The notes under the pieces were generated by a model. That model saw only the letters and a list, made by a program, of their open reading frames with translations, was not told where the DNA came from and ran no database searches. A stretch of 64,000 nt of DNA. It comes from Octopus sinensis (taxonomy: Eukaryota). The translations under genes were made by a program, and so were the position numbers. The stretch spans positions 21,886,001 through 21,950,000 of the forward strand of contig NC_043008.1 in the NCBI RefSeq assembly GCF_006345805.1, read 5' to 3'. Of this stretch, positions 62,620 to 64,000 are shown piece after piece (position 1 is the first letter of the stretch; every line of letters starts with the position of its first letter).

Positions 62620-62930
62620 ATCTTTTCTAAATAACATCATACTCTCATAAAAAGGAAGGACACATCAGATAATGAGGTCTTAGATATTACAATACTTTTA
62701 TTAATATTTTTGTGGTTTAATGGCAATCATGAGTCTGTTAGAAATAGCAGCCAAATCTCACCCCAAATAAAACTTTACTAACTTGAAAGAGAAGGACACA
62801 GCAAATAATGTCCTTCTAGGTATTACTATGCTTGAAAAATGGACAGGATTGGACAGGATGGAATAGAACAAGCACAGCTGGAATATCTTTGATTGTATAT
62901 TTGCTTGATCAGAACTGACCTAGATCTAGA
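62620..62930 (+). mobile_element. Family E repeat, two partial units
   Basis: AAAAAGGAAGGACACATCAGATAATG; TTAGAAATAGCAGCCAAATCTC. Confidence 0.55.
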
Positions 62931-63184
62931 CATCGGCATCAACAGCAGCAGCAGCAGCAAATGGCAATCAAAGAAGTTATAGAATCCCTGGAGAGAATGA
63001 ACAGAATATATATTTGACAGACATATGTCAGATGTGAATCTATGATATCTGTTCTGTTTTTGGAACCATAACCATATGGATTATGATCTCTACTTCCTGC
63101 TGGATTAAACCAATCAACCATTGACAGCCAATGCTGATTTCATTAATGGTCAAATTTAAAAAAGGGGGAAAGTGACTTTTTCTT

Positions 63185-63605
63185 ACTCTTTACTCTCTTT
63201 TACTCTTTTACTTGTTTCAGTCATTTGACTGCGGCCATGCTGGAGCACCGCCTTTAGTCGAGCAAATCAACCCCGGGACTTATTCTTTTGTAAGCCCAGT
63301 ACTTATTCTATCGGTCTCTTTTGCCGAACCGCTAGGTGACAGGGACGTAAACACACCAGCATCGGTTGTCAAGCAATGCTTGGGGGACAAACACAGACAC
63401 ACAAACATATACACACACATACATATATATACATATATACGACAGGCTTCTTTCAGTTTCCGTCTACCAAATCCACTCACAAGGCATTGGTCAGCCCGAG
63501 GCTATAGCAGAAGACACTTGCCCAAGATGCCACGCAGTGGGACTGAACCCAGAACCATGTGGTTGGTAGGCAAGCTACTTACCACACAGCCACTCCTGCG
63601 CCTAT
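63185..63605 (-). mobile_element. SINE family A, youngest-looking copy
   Basis: Full length, most CpGs intact. Confidence 0.95.
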
Positions 63606-63794
63606 ATTTATGTTACATGAATAACTTTATTCATAATAACTTTATTCATAATATGAAAGCATTTTGAAAGATGGACAACTCATATATACTCTCGGTGGCA
63701 TTCTTTTATGTAATAGCTCTGAGTCAATACTTCTCAGGTTCAAATCTGGTTGAGGTTAACTTTCTCTTTTATCCTTTAACCCTGTGTTTGCCGA

Positions 63795-63960
63795 CCACTT
63801 TTTAATTATGAGTCTCTTTGATTCCTATTTTGCTCAGGTGGACCCTCATAACCATATGATGTTTAAAAAAAAATTATGTTATATTTTTATGATAAATATT
63901 ATAGGAATTGTACAAAAAATTGTTCAAATACTTTGTATATTTTAGAAGTACATTAATCCC
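63795..63960. mobile_element. Partial copy of the 4486-4744 MITE-like element
   Basis: GGACCCTCATAACCAT...TTTTAGAAGTA shared. Confidence 0.5.
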
Positions 63961-64000
63961 TCGACTATTGTAGGTGTTATGTACCAAAACCTCCCATGAT

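Overview
Repeat-saturated eukaryotic genomic DNA, most likely octopus (inferred from recognising the SINE families and the microsatellite density). It looks intronic or intergenic: no intact protein-coding gene, rRNA, true tRNA or CRISPR array could be supported. Nearly all ORF-track entries are microsatellite translations or decayed retrotransposon fragments. The window holds dozens of tRNA-derived SINEs (working names A-D); fragments of R4/Dong, HERO, RTE and Tx1 non-LTR retrotransposons; a Helentron-type non-autonomous element; MITE-like elements; minisatellites of 20, 38, 42 and 79 bp; and a near-identical 1.43 kb tandem duplication. The most striking structure is a ~650 bp palindrome at 2483-3137. 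Each arm has a tRNA-like Pol III head, an (AAT)n linker and a minimal type I hammerhead ribozyme motif, and stem II co-varies between the arms. A few low-confidence exon candidates suggest an unidentified host gene. Repeat boundaries were read by eye and are approximate.
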